Shown: piece after piece, positions 9,701-18,409 of the stretch | Layout of the letters: each line of letters starts with the position of its first letter | Numbering within the stretch: the first letter of the stretch is position 1 | From: a virus | Length of the DNA: 64,000 nt | Virus record (IMG/VR): IMGVR_UViG_3300009124_000001 | Strand: one strand, 5' to 3' | The notes under the pieces: generated by a model | What the model saw: the letters and a program-made list of their open reading frames with translations, nothing else | The model's database searches: none | Told to the model about the DNA's origin: nothing | Translations under genes and position numbers: made by a program

Positions 9701-9924
9701 GATAGCGCCATATTCTTGCTCATGAAAGATCCGAAGGTCTTGTTCAGATCTTCGACCATGATCGCAATACTATTAGTCGTAGCACCGAGACTGTTGATTG
9801 CTTTGATGTTCTTGACAACGCCACTTGCAGGTTGAGTAACTACCTTGCCATCAATCTTTACGGTGATACCTCCTCCCTTGAATGAAGGTGGTGTGACATA
9901 TTTGTATAGTCTTGCCTTTGCCAT
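6799..9924 (-). CDS. large tail/baseplate-associated protein with amidase-like and lysozyme-like domains
   Basis: Coiled coil plus hydrophobic segment; IFLHWTAG...YH...AHT...RN...IG...THAE (Amidase_2-like); KIESSGKY...GKYQMG (lysozyme/SLT-like). Confidence 0.7.
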   Translation of the reverse strand: MAKARLYKYVTPPSFKGGGITVKIDGKVVTQPASGVVKNIKAINSLGATTNSIAIMVEDLNKTFGSFMSKNMALSEQMLNMREDNLEDEKKYRKKQLEAAKREKGREQDKRAEALQEGTKKKGSGLGKAAKATAARSLGFLAGLASLFKGIFRSMIMYNLLDWLEKNPKKIKRLLDAMVGIGKFIMNTYGTLINLGLNGLVEFLENPLSFKGIFGLLKVVTALGLLFAPVAMGKLGLKVVFSLFKGGKLLPALKGIFGAVGGMVKGLIGLVKGMGMWAWVLAGGIGLFTLGAAFNGQQSGTDEQIDASVEEKGREETIKALEEQLEGLNAWDKVWGKENEIQTQLDRLNDPNYKPGETTPNNPKVPPKKKFFGLFAKGGKMPGAYAGGGWINGPQSGYPVSLGGGGVDFIGHGTEYVARRASGGDAFVIPFDTPATRGSNGLTSMRMQQARAGGYDVPGFAKGGPTKKKRDGSMSENRLIGADQMMAKGGKIFLHWTAGGPHFHQKGKYHSIVQGSGKVYRAHPYDQKSGVAHTYLRNGQGIGMSVAAMAGSGGNYVWPSNVQIDSLAKEIANVAKDRKWNPNDINIKNVMTHAEAASGKDGQLPRNDNYGPTAWGGDGARWDLWHLTRDGAKGSGGNIIRAKARGFMGGDSTVIEETGSAPIQSKTGATQTSNSSGSSSSSSSESSGLDPKTQYLGKEGMVSYFSKALGNLGSYATDAQAMVKAAGGRVLGRAAGGKVPYDKVKSALGADQKTWDIFRGTIAKIESSGKYDIAGGSGGHYDGKYQMGAAAKTDGSRNIGLPDPGHGAAQRASYRKNPDLQEQIFAGYTIANHKLLMAKSPEYKKKSLLQKLQTLGYAHNQGWGGAADWLATGNVGADGFGTKGTKYTDALRAAFTSGKIPDLAAADSNSSGDLSSSDSSSGASGGEAQKDPLQQLQDNIGLLDKYVADAAPMTGAKINTSGDRLAEAQNKEDEEKANADKDSTTLTSSTAAPIGAGTQKPGSVQPQVDLPSVAYDIPANIYARPRFGLTADIFQEPVNIA

Positions 9925-12900
9925 TAGTTCTTAATCATTGGCGTAACTGGTGCCCCACCAGCGGATACCCTTTGCGGTGCTTGGGGTGTCTGAGCGACAA
10001 CAGGTTGAGTGATAACATGAATAGCATTCTTAGTTGCTCTCTTTTTACCGAGTGCCACCTTTTCCTCAGACTTTTTAGCTAAGGTCTCCACTTTGCTATT
10101 TATGGACGATGTGGGGGATGTTTGAGCAGCGGATGCTTGTGACGGTGGGGTTGAACCCGTCATTGCACTAGCATCTGTTGCATACTGCTGCAATACACCT
10201 AGTTTCCCTGTCAGGAAAGAGGTCATCTTCTCAGCAGACAGATACTCTGCCTTTGGATCCAAACTAGGTTCACCACCACCACTAGGTGAAGTGCCGTTAC
10301 CAGGACCGTTACCTGGGGTTACGTTGTCTGTCTTGCCGTCATAACCAACATTATTACCACCAGGGTGGGTCAGGGCAACAATCCCCTTGGTTCCTGCGCC
10401 ATAGACAGCACCAACACCATTAACAGTTGCCTGCCAGTGTCCACTCCACAGTTTCTGTCCCCCATTCTTTGCAATAGCAGAGTCATTACCACTGCTGCTA
10501 GCAGAATTGTTCCAATCACTATGTCTAGTAGAGAAGATTAGAGAACCTGAGGGAATTTTCTTGTCCTTAACTGCCTGTGTCCATGTAGGCAGATCCATCA
10601 CATTGACATTCACATGACCATATGGAGATGTGATTTTCTTAGGTTCACCCAGACCAGGAATAGATCCATAACCATGCTCACCCACTGCCTGCGCCATCAA
10701 ACCCCTAGGGTTATTGGGGTCATTACCAGTAGCAACGTGAGGTTTGCCAATAGATGCTCCGTTTCTTTCGGCAGTGAGAATCACGCCAGTCGTACACATA
10801 CCAGCGGCAGCATTTACCAATGAAGTTCCATCTCCAAGTTTTGCAAGTTCACCACCAGCGGCAAACTTCATCTTGGTAATACTCTCAAATCTCTTCTTCA
10901 ATCCAGGGTGCTTAGGTTTCCCATCGGGTGCATATTCACCACCACCATCAAATCTAAGTAGACCACCCTTCGCCATCTTAGGTGGACCAGCGATCTCTCC
11001 GCCATCATCGCCAGCAGCGGCTGCTTCTAGTGCTTGTTCCCAAGGTTGAGGTGCATCTGGATCTCTGACGAGTTTTCTTCTCTTCTTGGCACCAATGCCC
11101 ATAAAACCACCGCCCTCATCAGCACCAAGCATCTCAGCAACGGGGTCATCAATATCTTTCAGAGGTGTCATCGACAGACCTTTTAGGATCTTGTTGGCGA
11201 TAAACTCACCAGCAAAACCACCAGCAGCACCTGTAATGAAACCAGGGACACCACCAAACGGAGCACCAATAGCAAAACCAGCAGAATATCCAAGCAAACC
11301 GCCCAATGCTTTCAGTACAGCGTTGATGGGGGATTCACCAAAGACGGTGTAATCCAACAATGACAGAACTGCTGCTACAAGTTTATCAATGCCACCGATC
11401 TTAGCAGTGCTCTTTGCTGCAACCAAGAACTCTCTGAATGATTTGAATCCAGGATTTCTGATACCTGACTTGATAAAGTTGCCAACAACACTCTTGGCAG
11501 ACTTTACCTGCTCGGATTTTGATTTCCCTGCAAAATCTAAGACTTGTTTAGCAGTCTCGTTCTTTTCGATGACGGGTTTGATGTAACCCTTGACTTTATC
11601 TAAGACAATAGAACCCAATTTCTTGGGATCCTTTGCCATTGCAGCAACATCACCAATTGTTTTTGCCTGATTCTTGCCCCAGTTCCAAATACCAGAGCCC
11701 ATCTTCTTTGCCTGCGCTGCCAGATAGGCAGACTTCTCTGCCCACCAACCACCAATAGCAGCACCAGATTTCTTGGCGAAGTTGACTGTGCCTGAGAATG
11801 CTCTTTCGCCAAGATCGATTGCTTGATTCTTTAACTTACCTGCTTGGGTAGCAAGACCACTAGCGGCACTTGTAGTTTTGTTCTTCAAGAAAGAACCCAA
11901 CCCCATCAGATTGTCAACAGCACCACCACCAGTTTTGGCGAGTTGTTCTCCTGCTTCTAGGATAAGATTATCAGCACTTGATGCAAGTGACTTTATGTTT
12001 CTCTTCGTTGCATCGATGACCATCGAACCAACGGTGACCATTCTGCCAGCAGCACGCTTCATGCCCGATCCCAGGCGGCGGCGTAGTTGATTCAACCTAC
12101 GAATCCTTACCTTACGCTTCATGTCTCTGAGGCGCTGCTTGGAGGTTCTGCCGTCTCTGCCGACTCTGTTTCCTTTCTTCTTTAATTTATTTTTGCCAGG
12201 CATACAGTCTGACTCTGATGCCTGTTTAACACCCCTACCCAGGGCAGTCATAAACTTGACATCACCAATCAGTTTCCATGGCATCAATATACGAGATGCC
12301 AACCAAAGTGCTGCAATACCGCCAAAGATTTGCAGTATGCCAAATACTTTGTCTAGACCATTCTGGAATGCATTCTTATCAGGGTCATTACCAAATACCT
12401 TGGTAACACCATCCATGACCTGAGTCAGACCCCAGCGAGAAATCATTCTCGTGAAGGACCAGATCGCTTTGATGAATCCTAAGAGTTTCTTGACCTTTTC
12501 TGGATTTTTCTCTAACCAGTCTAAGACCTTATATGCAATGACTGGTGCCACAAGAGACATAAGTCCCCTGATCAAGGCACCCATTGGTTTCAGTAGTAGT
12601 TGTAACCACCCAAACCTAGATTTCTTTTCTTTCTTGCCTTCCTTCTCTGCTGACTTTTCTATCTTTGTCGTAGACTCTTGCTTCTTCTCTGCCTCAGCAT
12701 CTTGCTTACGACCTTTCTCTCTACCGAGCATGTCCTTAGTTGCTCGGATAGTCTCTAACTTATCCTCGTGCTCTTTCTTAATAATATCTCGCTCACGCTC
12801 CTGTTGTCCCAGGGTGAAGTCTGTGTGAGCAGAAAGTAATTCTTTGAACTGTGTAAGATTCTCGCCAACCAGAGTCAATGAACCGCCCAGACGATTATAG

Positions 12901-12989
12901 GCGAAGGTCATAGATCTGTATGCCTTGCCTAAATCGTCAACTGGCGCTTGCGCCTTTACCGATACATATTTTCTGAGTGCTGCTGCCAT
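9924..12989 (-). CDS. paralogous large tail/baseplate-associated protein with possible NlpC/P60- or CHAP-like domain
   Basis: Shares KYV N-terminus, LDWLEKNP and LDPK..YATDA motifs with the adjacent gene; GMCTTGV motif. Confidence 0.65.
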   Translation of the reverse strand: MAAALRKYVSVKAQAPVDDLGKAYRSMTFAYNRLGGSLTLVGENLTQFKELLSAHTDFTLGQQERERDIIKKEHEDKLETIRATKDMLGREKGRKQDAEAEKKQESTTKIEKSAEKEGKKEKKSRFGWLQLLLKPMGALIRGLMSLVAPVIAYKVLDWLEKNPEKVKKLLGFIKAIWSFTRMISRWGLTQVMDGVTKVFGNDPDKNAFQNGLDKVFGILQIFGGIAALWLASRILMPWKLIGDVKFMTALGRGVKQASESDCMPGKNKLKKKGNRVGRDGRTSKQRLRDMKRKVRIRRLNQLRRRLGSGMKRAAGRMVTVGSMVIDATKRNIKSLASSADNLILEAGEQLAKTGGGAVDNLMGLGSFLKNKTTSAASGLATQAGKLKNQAIDLGERAFSGTVNFAKKSGAAIGGWWAEKSAYLAAQAKKMGSGIWNWGKNQAKTIGDVAAMAKDPKKLGSIVLDKVKGYIKPVIEKNETAKQVLDFAGKSKSEQVKSAKSVVGNFIKSGIRNPGFKSFREFLVAAKSTAKIGGIDKLVAAVLSLLDYTVFGESPINAVLKALGGLLGYSAGFAIGAPFGGVPGFITGAAGGFAGEFIANKILKGLSMTPLKDIDDPVAEMLGADEGGGFMGIGAKKRRKLVRDPDAPQPWEQALEAAAAGDDGGEIAGPPKMAKGGLLRFDGGGEYAPDGKPKHPGLKKRFESITKMKFAAGGELAKLGDGTSLVNAAAGMCTTGVILTAERNGASIGKPHVATGNDPNNPRGLMAQAVGEHGYGSIPGLGEPKKITSPYGHVNVNVMDLPTWTQAVKDKKIPSGSLIFSTRHSDWNNSASSSGNDSAIAKNGGQKLWSGHWQATVNGVGAVYGAGTKGIVALTHPGGNNVGYDGKTDNVTPGNGPGNGTSPSGGGEPSLDPKAEYLSAEKMTSFLTGKLGVLQQYATDASAMTGSTPPSQASAAQTSPTSSINSKVETLAKKSEEKVALGKKRATKNAIHVITQPVVAQTPQAPQRVSAGGAPVTPMIKN

Positions 12990-13174
12990 TAGAAACTAAA
13001 CGAGCTATCTTGTTGTTTTCTTCGACGTTCTTCTTCATTAAGATAAGCGATCAACAAGTTCACATATACATCTCGCTCCCAAGGCATCATATCTTCAAGT
13101 TCAGATAGACTGTACTTGTGATGCTGCATTAATGCAAAATTAGTCTTATAGTAATTCATAAGACTGTCATGCAT
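12989..13174 (-). CDS. gp51: baseplate hub assembly catalyst gp51-like
   Basis: YYKTNFALMQHHKYSLSELEDMMPWERDVYV. Confidence 0.9.
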   Translation of the reverse strand: MHDSLMNYYKTNFALMQHHKYSLSELEDMMPWERDVYVNLLIAYLNEEERRRKQQDSSFSF

Positions 13175-13179
13175 TAACG

Positions 13180-13881
13180 CTATGCGAAAAAAGACGATAG
13201 TCCTTCAAGTACAACTTCACTTTTCACCCCAGTCTTGGGATTTTCAATTTCCAGTGTGTGAGACAATTTGGGCAGAGTCTCAAAGAACGCCTGAACCGCT
13301 TGGAACTGTTCGTTATTCATGTCACCCAGGAAATCCTTTGCTTCTTTCTTGGTGAAAGACTCATAGGTCTCGTCGCCATCATATACTTTATCAATACAGT
13401 CCGCAGCAAGATCGAAGACATCATCAATATCAGGTTCGTCTTTCATGTTACGATCCACGAATGCATCCAGGGCAGGATACTTCATTTCAATTTTCACTTG
13501 ATCATTGATTTTGACGATCTTCTTATGTTCTCTTGGAACAACAACCTCCACTTGGTCAAGATTGACTTCAACCTCAACTTCGGTCTCATTGTCATCGGGG
13601 CAAGTGATCTTAAATTCACTAACCTCACCAACTGCCCTAGAACGAATCTTCAAGAACAGATATTCAATCTCAAATGTTGCTAATTTTTCAACATCCTTGA
13701 CATTACTACAAGCCTTCAAGATAGTCTTGACTGCTTTGATCATCTCCTTCTCGTCTTGGGTTTCCATTGCGAGGTACAGGAGTTTTTCCTCTTTGACAAG
13801 GAAAGGACGGTAAGTGACTTTTGTTCCACTGACTGGCAATTTGCAGTCATACTCAGGCACTACAAGTTTAGGTAAAGGCAT
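13180..13881 (-). CDS. gp26: baseplate hub subunit gp26
   Basis: MPLPKL...YRPFLVKEEK...FLKIRSRAVGE...LEGLSSFF. Confidence 0.92.
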   Translation of the reverse strand: MPLPKLVVPEYDCKLPVSGTKVTYRPFLVKEEKLLYLAMETQDEKEMIKAVKTILKACSNVKDVEKLATFEIEYLFLKIRSRAVGEVSEFKITCPDDNETEVEVEVNLDQVEVVVPREHKKIVKINDQVKIEMKYPALDAFVDRNMKDEPDIDDVFDLAADCIDKVYDGDETYESFTKKEAKDFLGDMNNEQFQAVQAFFETLPKLSHTLEIENPKTGVKSEVVLEGLSSFFA

Positions 13882-13903
13882 GATTTGAAAATGACGATAA
13901 AAT

Positions 13904-13911
13904 TATTTATA
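13904..13911 (-). promoter_or_regulatory. T4-type late promoter
   Basis: TATAAATA upstream of gp26. Confidence 0.75.
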
Positions 13912-14635
13912 CGGTAAATCGCTGAACGTCTGGGTTACCAGAACCAGCAACCTTGGTCTCAATCTCATCAAGCGTGAAGACTGCCTGCTGCTTGAATGGT
14001 TTTGCTTTGAGTGTTGCGCGAGACACCTGATCAAATCTATAACGTTCAAAGAAGAACTGGACATCCATCTGCACCAGATTCAACTGTTCGTTATCGAAAG
14101 AAATTGTGCTGATATTTGTTGGGAATGCGCCGTAGAGTTTCCAGACTGCTGTTGACTGTGATGGGTTCAATGCTCCCCTACTCGTATCCCTGTTGTCTGA
14201 ATCTCTTTTGGTGACTCGAAAATTAGCACCATGCTCCCACTTGATTACTGACATGTCAGTCACATATTGATCATAGAATGCGACAGTGTTGTCGGAATCA
14301 GAAGCAGCAGCATTGATCCAGTTCTCAAAGAACATTCTATGACGCTGGTCCTTGGTCACCATGAATGAGATAGTAATCTCAGATGCCGTTTGACCTGTGG
14401 CAAATCGACGGATCATACCAAAGTTATTGACCTCAGATGTTGTCATTGCCCTACTAGGCACAGTGACAGAGGTGGCAAAATAATTGATAGTTTGCCATGC
14501 TTCATCTACCGCAGGAGATCTATCTAGAATAGGGGGTGGGGGAATCTGAATCTCAAATAAGTTATTTGATGCAGGAGCAAGTGCATTCGTTGCAATTAAA
14601 CTTCTGAAATCCTCAAATCTGTTGGGACTTGGCAT
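13907..14635 (-). CDS. tail-tube-like/baseplate tube initiator (gp54-like)
   Basis: SVTVP...FFENW...LYGAFPTNISTI tube-protein pattern. Confidence 0.55.
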   Translation of the reverse strand: MPSPNRFEDFRSLIATNALAPASNNLFEIQIPPPPILDRSPAVDEAWQTINYFATSVTVPSRAMTTSEVNNFGMIRRFATGQTASEITISFMVTKDQRHRMFFENWINAAASDSDNTVAFYDQYVTDMSVIKWEHGANFRVTKRDSDNRDTSRGALNPSQSTAVWKLYGAFPTNISTISFDNEQLNLVQMDVQFFFERYRFDQVSRATLKAKPFKQQAVFTLDEIETKVAGSGNPDVQRFTV

Positions 14636-15106
14636 TTACTGTCTACTCCAAATAACACTAGAAGGAATGTCTAACCATCGACCAACAACATTCATTGTAA
14701 ATTGCTCTAATGGTAGTGGATATTTCATTTCTGCAAGATCCACCGCTGGAACAATCTTTATATTGCTAGCGTTTGACATAAAGTATTTATGGTGGCAACG
14801 CATAGGATATGATACGGATCCTCCTCCCCAAGTTTTAGCAACAGACATCCTGGTAGACGGTCTCAGATAATGTAGATTGCCACCAGAGAACTGTAAGTTC
14901 TGCATGTCCACATCCGTGACTAATACCATAGGGTATCTGTCATAGTATTTCAGATCGGGAGTAGCAGCAGAATATGAAAAAAATATAACATCACCTACCT
15001 TGAACCCTGTCGAGTCTTCCAGTCCATATAGGACCTGAGAGCGATACCAGTCCTTAGATTTTTTACTACCTGCCGCAAGATCTCTTACGTCGTTGAAGAT
15101 ACTCAT
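14636..15106 (-). CDS. gp2: DNA end protector protein gp2-like
   Basis: SKDWYR...FSY.A...YYDRYPMV...GGNLHYL. Confidence 0.7.
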   Translation of the reverse strand: MSIFNDVRDLAAGSKKSKDWYRSQVLYGLEDSTGFKVGDVIFFSYSAATPDLKYYDRYPMVLVTDVDMQNLQFSGGNLHYLRPSTRMSVAKTWGGGSVSYPMRCHHKYFMSNASNIKIVPAVDLAEMKYPLPLEQFTMNVVGRWLDIPSSVIWSRQ

Positions 15107-15537
15107 ACCTTTAATTCATTTTCGGTCAGTATCATGAAATGCATTTGTCTATCAAGACAATAGTCTTTTGCTGCCTTCCACTTCGCATCATTGACAGCAT
15201 AAGTCTTCACTTCGCTGATGTACTTAGGCGTAACACGTTTCTGTTTTTTCGGCGGAACTGTTTGCTTACTAGGTTTGACCTCAATAATAAACTTCTGCGT
15301 GCTCCCTGCCTTAGTTCTTGCTCGGACGTAAAAGTCTGGAAAGTAACGATGAGCACGATTGTCCACAGGAGAGATATAGGGGATAACAATCTCCTCACTA
15401 CCCCACTCGATGACATTCTCATTCTTGTCACACCATACCATGAACTTTCTTTCCCACAAACTCCTATAAATAATATTCGTGGGATCACCTTTATACTTAT
15501 GTGGGTTTGATGGTCTGTATCTACCTGAGTAAGCCAT
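15103..15537 (-). CDS. gp4: head completion protein gp4
   Basis: MAYSGRYRPSNPHKYKGDPTNIIYRSLWE...RYFPDF...IEVKP. Confidence 0.93.
   Translation of the reverse strand: MAYSGRYRPSNPHKYKGDPTNIIYRSLWERKFMVWCDKNENVIEWGSEEIVIPYISPVDNRAHRYFPDFYVRARTKAGSTQKFIIEVKPSKQTVPPKKQKRVTPKYISEVKTYAVNDAKWKAAKDYCLDRQMHFMILTENELKV
15465..15472 (+). promoter_or_regulatory. T4-type late promoter for gp48/gp53
   Basis: TATAAATA inside gp4, about 65 bp upstream of the gp48 ATG. Confidence 0.7.
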
Positions 15538-16573
15538 GGCGAAAGAATCTAAAAAACTACCAACCACTAAGAAAAAAGATTCCAGCGGGAAGGGTAGTGG
15601 TGATAGACTTATTTATCCCATGACCACACCTCGTGGTCCTTCGACCTCTGATGGTGCAATTAGTCGTGGTCATCGCTTCGAGACCAAGCAGATCGACTAC
15701 ATAAAATTAATGATCTATGATCCTGAGACTGCGAACCCTTACAACTATGTAGGTCAGAATAGCAGAAAAGGTAATCCTGGCAGAAGATACAACAGAAACC
15801 AAATCTACAAGACTATCTATCTGTATCTGCCTCACGATCTGAACGAAACATATAGCACATCATACGAAAAGGCAGCACTTGGTCCTTTTGGTGATATTGC
15901 TGTTGAAGCAATGAGATCAGGTGATACTTCGGAAGTTGCTAAGAAGATTTCTAATGCAGCAACTTCTGCAAAACCTGAGGTTGCATTCAGTGCTGTTGCT
16001 GGTATCTTCAATGGTGCTGCTGGTGCCTTTGGTGTTGACGGTAACATGAGCAAGAACTCTCTTGCTGCTCTGTCTAGTGGTAAGGTCTTCAACCCATATG
16101 AAGAGACTACATTCAAAGGTGTGAACTATCGCTCTCACAGTTTTACCTTTGACATGGCACCTCGTAATCCCCAAGAGGCGAAGAACATCCAGGCAATCAT
16201 TCATGAATTGAGAGATTCGATGCTTCCTGGCACATCTGGTGAGCAGTCTCGTTGGTTGACGATTCCTAGATTCTTCCGTGCTGAGATTGTACGTTACTCA
16301 CCTAGGAGATCTGGTTCTGCTGCTCTTGGTGAAGAGAAACTGAACGAACCTGCAATGATGAGAACTCTGTTGACATTCCCAGTCAATATGGTTCTTACCA
16401 ACATGCAGGTAAACCTGACACCCAACGGTCAGAATACCTCCCTTAGATATGATCTGAGTGGTATTGATTATGGTCCTGCACAGTACCGAATGACTCTGAG
16501 TTTCGATGAGACTGCATTCATCACCAGAGACGTGTACAACGCAAACAACAACAACGGGAAATCTAAAAAGTAA
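15536..16573 (+). CDS. gp48: baseplate tail tube cap gp48
   Basis: IYLYLP...NPYEETTFKGVNYRSHSFTF.MAPRN...LSFDET. Confidence 0.88.
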   Translation: MAKESKKLPTTKKKDSSGKGSGDRLIYPMTTPRGPSTSDGAISRGHRFETKQIDYIKLMIYDPETANPYNYVGQNSRKGNPGRRYNRNQIYKTIYLYLPHDLNETYSTSYEKAALGPFGDIAVEAMRSGDTSEVAKKISNAATSAKPEVAFSAVAGIFNGAAGAFGVDGNMSKNSLAALSSGKVFNPYEETTFKGVNYRSHSFTFDMAPRNPQEAKNIQAIIHELRDSMLPGTSGEQSRWLTIPRFFRAEIVRYSPRRSGSAALGEEKLNEPAMMRTLLTFPVNMVLTNMQVNLTPNGQNTSLRYDLSGIDYGPAQYRMTLSFDETAFITRDVYNANNNNGKSKK

Positions 16574-17487
16574 TGCCTTATTTTTCTTACATACCTGACG
16601 TTAGGGTTCGCGTATCGTCATTCCGACAAAATAATGTCGAACCTTTCGTCGCAGCAAAGAATATCTTTCGCAGAGTCAAGATTCGCGATAGCATTCAAGA
16701 TGATGTCTTGGGTTTTGAACAATATAGCGTCGGAAACAACGAAAGACCCGACCAAGTTGCATATGACAAGTATAGTGACTCTGGTCTAGATTGGGTCGTT
16801 TTGTTGTGCAACAACATTATCAACATATATCAAGATTGGCCTCTTTCTGAGGAAGAACTCTATAAGATGGTTGAGAAAAAATATCTCAGCGTTAATGGTA
16901 TTCACCATTATGAGACAAATGAAGTAAGAGACCAGTTAGGCAACATTATCATCAAAGAGGGCAAAATTGTAAACTCTGATTATGTTGCATATCGACCAGA
17001 TGGCACTACTGTTGCTGATTCGGTATATCCTGTGTCCAACTGGGAATACGAGAGAAACCTAAACGACGAAAAATCGAACATTTGGTTGCTCAACCCTCTC
17101 TACGTCACTGCGTTCGTCGAGGAATTTGAAGAATTGCTTGAATATGCACCAAACGAAGAACTTGGTGATGGTGAGCAAGTTAAGGTCAGTCCCAATACTG
17201 TGGAAGAGATCTTTATCACCAAGAAGAAATACTATACTACTGAGTATGGTCTTGCTTCTAGTATTGAGTTTAGTGGTCAGCAAGATCTTGGTAACAGAGA
17301 TGTGACTGTCACAACCAATGACGCGGGTGCAACTATTACCACATCCACCACGACTGCCGCTGGAACAGGTATTGTGAACTCTTCTGGTGTGGTTGCTGGT
17401 ACAACAGACGCAAGCACCACCACCAGCAGCACAACGGCAAGCGGTCAGGCAACTGGTGGGTCTTCTAGTGGATCTTCTGGATATTAA
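16573..17487 (+). CDS. gp53: baseplate wedge subunit gp53
   Basis: YF...KNIFRR...ERPDQVA...WVVLLCNNI...WPL...HHYET; Thr/Ser/Gly-rich tail. Confidence 0.9.
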   Translation: MPYFSYIPDVRVRVSSFRQNNVEPFVAAKNIFRRVKIRDSIQDDVLGFEQYSVGNNERPDQVAYDKYSDSGLDWVVLLCNNIINIYQDWPLSEEELYKMVEKKYLSVNGIHHYETNEVRDQLGNIIIKEGKIVNSDYVAYRPDGTTVADSVYPVSNWEYERNLNDEKSNIWLLNPLYVTAFVEEFEELLEYAPNEELGDGEQVKVSPNTVEEIFITKKKYYTTEYGLASSIEFSGQQDLGNRDVTVTTNDAGATITTSTTTAAGTGIVNSSGVVAGTTDASTTTSSTTASGQATGGSSSGSSGY

Positions 17488-17798
17488 TCTCTCTGTCTCC
17501 AATCATCAGGTTTGTCCTGCTTGAACCAGTCAACGATCTCGTCAGCACTTGTGAACCCCGTTCTGTGATTGGATGGGTCGGGGTCGCCTAATCCCATCCT
17601 ATTCATAAAATCATCCATACTGCCCTCTTGAATGTTGTTAGCAGCCTGGCGTCGAGCACTATTCAACCAATCTCGGGCGGTTGTGTGTGATTTGGCGAGT
17701 TTCTCTGCCCAAATCATATCGTCTAATTTGACCTCCTCCTTGTTTGCTATCTTTTTACAGATAAACTCTAATCTGAGTCGGTATTGGGTTGAGAGCAT
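17484..17798 (-). CDS. conserved cyanophage hypothetical protein
   Basis: MLSTQYRLRLEFIC...DWRQRD. Confidence 0.8.
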   Translation of the reverse strand: MLSTQYRLRLEFICKKIANKEEVKLDDMIWAEKLAKSHTTARDWLNSARRQAANNIQEGSMDDFMNRMGLGDPDPSNHRTGFTSADEIVDWFKQDKPDDWRQRD

Positions 17799-17995
17799 GT
17801 TCCTACGTCCGAGAGATAATGTTCTAATTGGTTGATTCTCGTAAATTCGTGATATGCCGCCTCAGAGCGGATATGTAGAATATCGAGGATATCGTCCACA
17901 ATGTAACTTGGATCAATCCCATCGTCAAGGTACTTGTCGATCGCTTCCTTCAAGTAACGATATCTGTGCCATTCGGCAGAATAAGGTTTGTACAT
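17768..17995 (-). CDS. conserved cyanophage hypothetical protein
   Basis: MYKPYSAEWHRYRYLKEAIDKY; promoter just upstream. Confidence 0.7.
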   Translation of the reverse strand: MYKPYSAEWHRYRYLKEAIDKYLDDGIDPSYIVDDILDILHIRSEAAYHEFTRINQLEHYLSDVGTCSQPNTDSD

Positions 17996-18071
17996 GATAA
18001 TGGATATTCGCGATATTAGTACGATACACGATATTCGTGGATCTGTCAATATTTATGAAAAACCCTGGGGA

Positions 18072-18101
18072 CAAAAAAATACCCCGAATTTTTTTCGGGG
18101 T
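18072..18101 (-). terminator. rho-independent terminator after the gp32 operon
   Basis: ACCCCGAA-AAAAA-TTCGGGGT hairpin followed by ATTTTTTT. Confidence 0.7.
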
Positions 18102-18130
18102 CTTTTGGTAATCGAAGGTCGATTTTGGTT

Positions 18131-18409
18131 TTAGTGATGGTGGTGGTGCCTGCGACGGTAGCAAGGTTCCCACGTCCACCTGATTCGTTGTGACCAGTAC
18201 CCAGGGTAGAAGGGTGTCGGTTCAACCCATGTGTCAACCACTTGCTTTCTCCTGCACATCCTTGGTGGTGGGGGTGCAGAGTGATAGTAGTGCCTCTCTA
18301 CATGGTGGTGGTGCTTGTCACCTGTGAATGGTTCCCAAAACTCTCCCCAGGTCACTGCCTGAGCAGGTGCTGCTGTGAGAAGTAACAGGGGGAGAGCAAG
18401 GAATTTCAT
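18131..18409 (-). CDS. His-rich secreted/periplasmic protein
   Basis: Signal peptide MKFLALPLLLLTAAPAQA; two His tracts. Confidence 0.7.
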   Translation of the reverse strand: MKFLALPLLLLTAAPAQAVTWGEFWEPFTGDKHHHHVERHYYHSAPPPPRMCRRKQVVDTWVEPTPFYPGYWSQRIRWTWEPCYRRRHHHHH

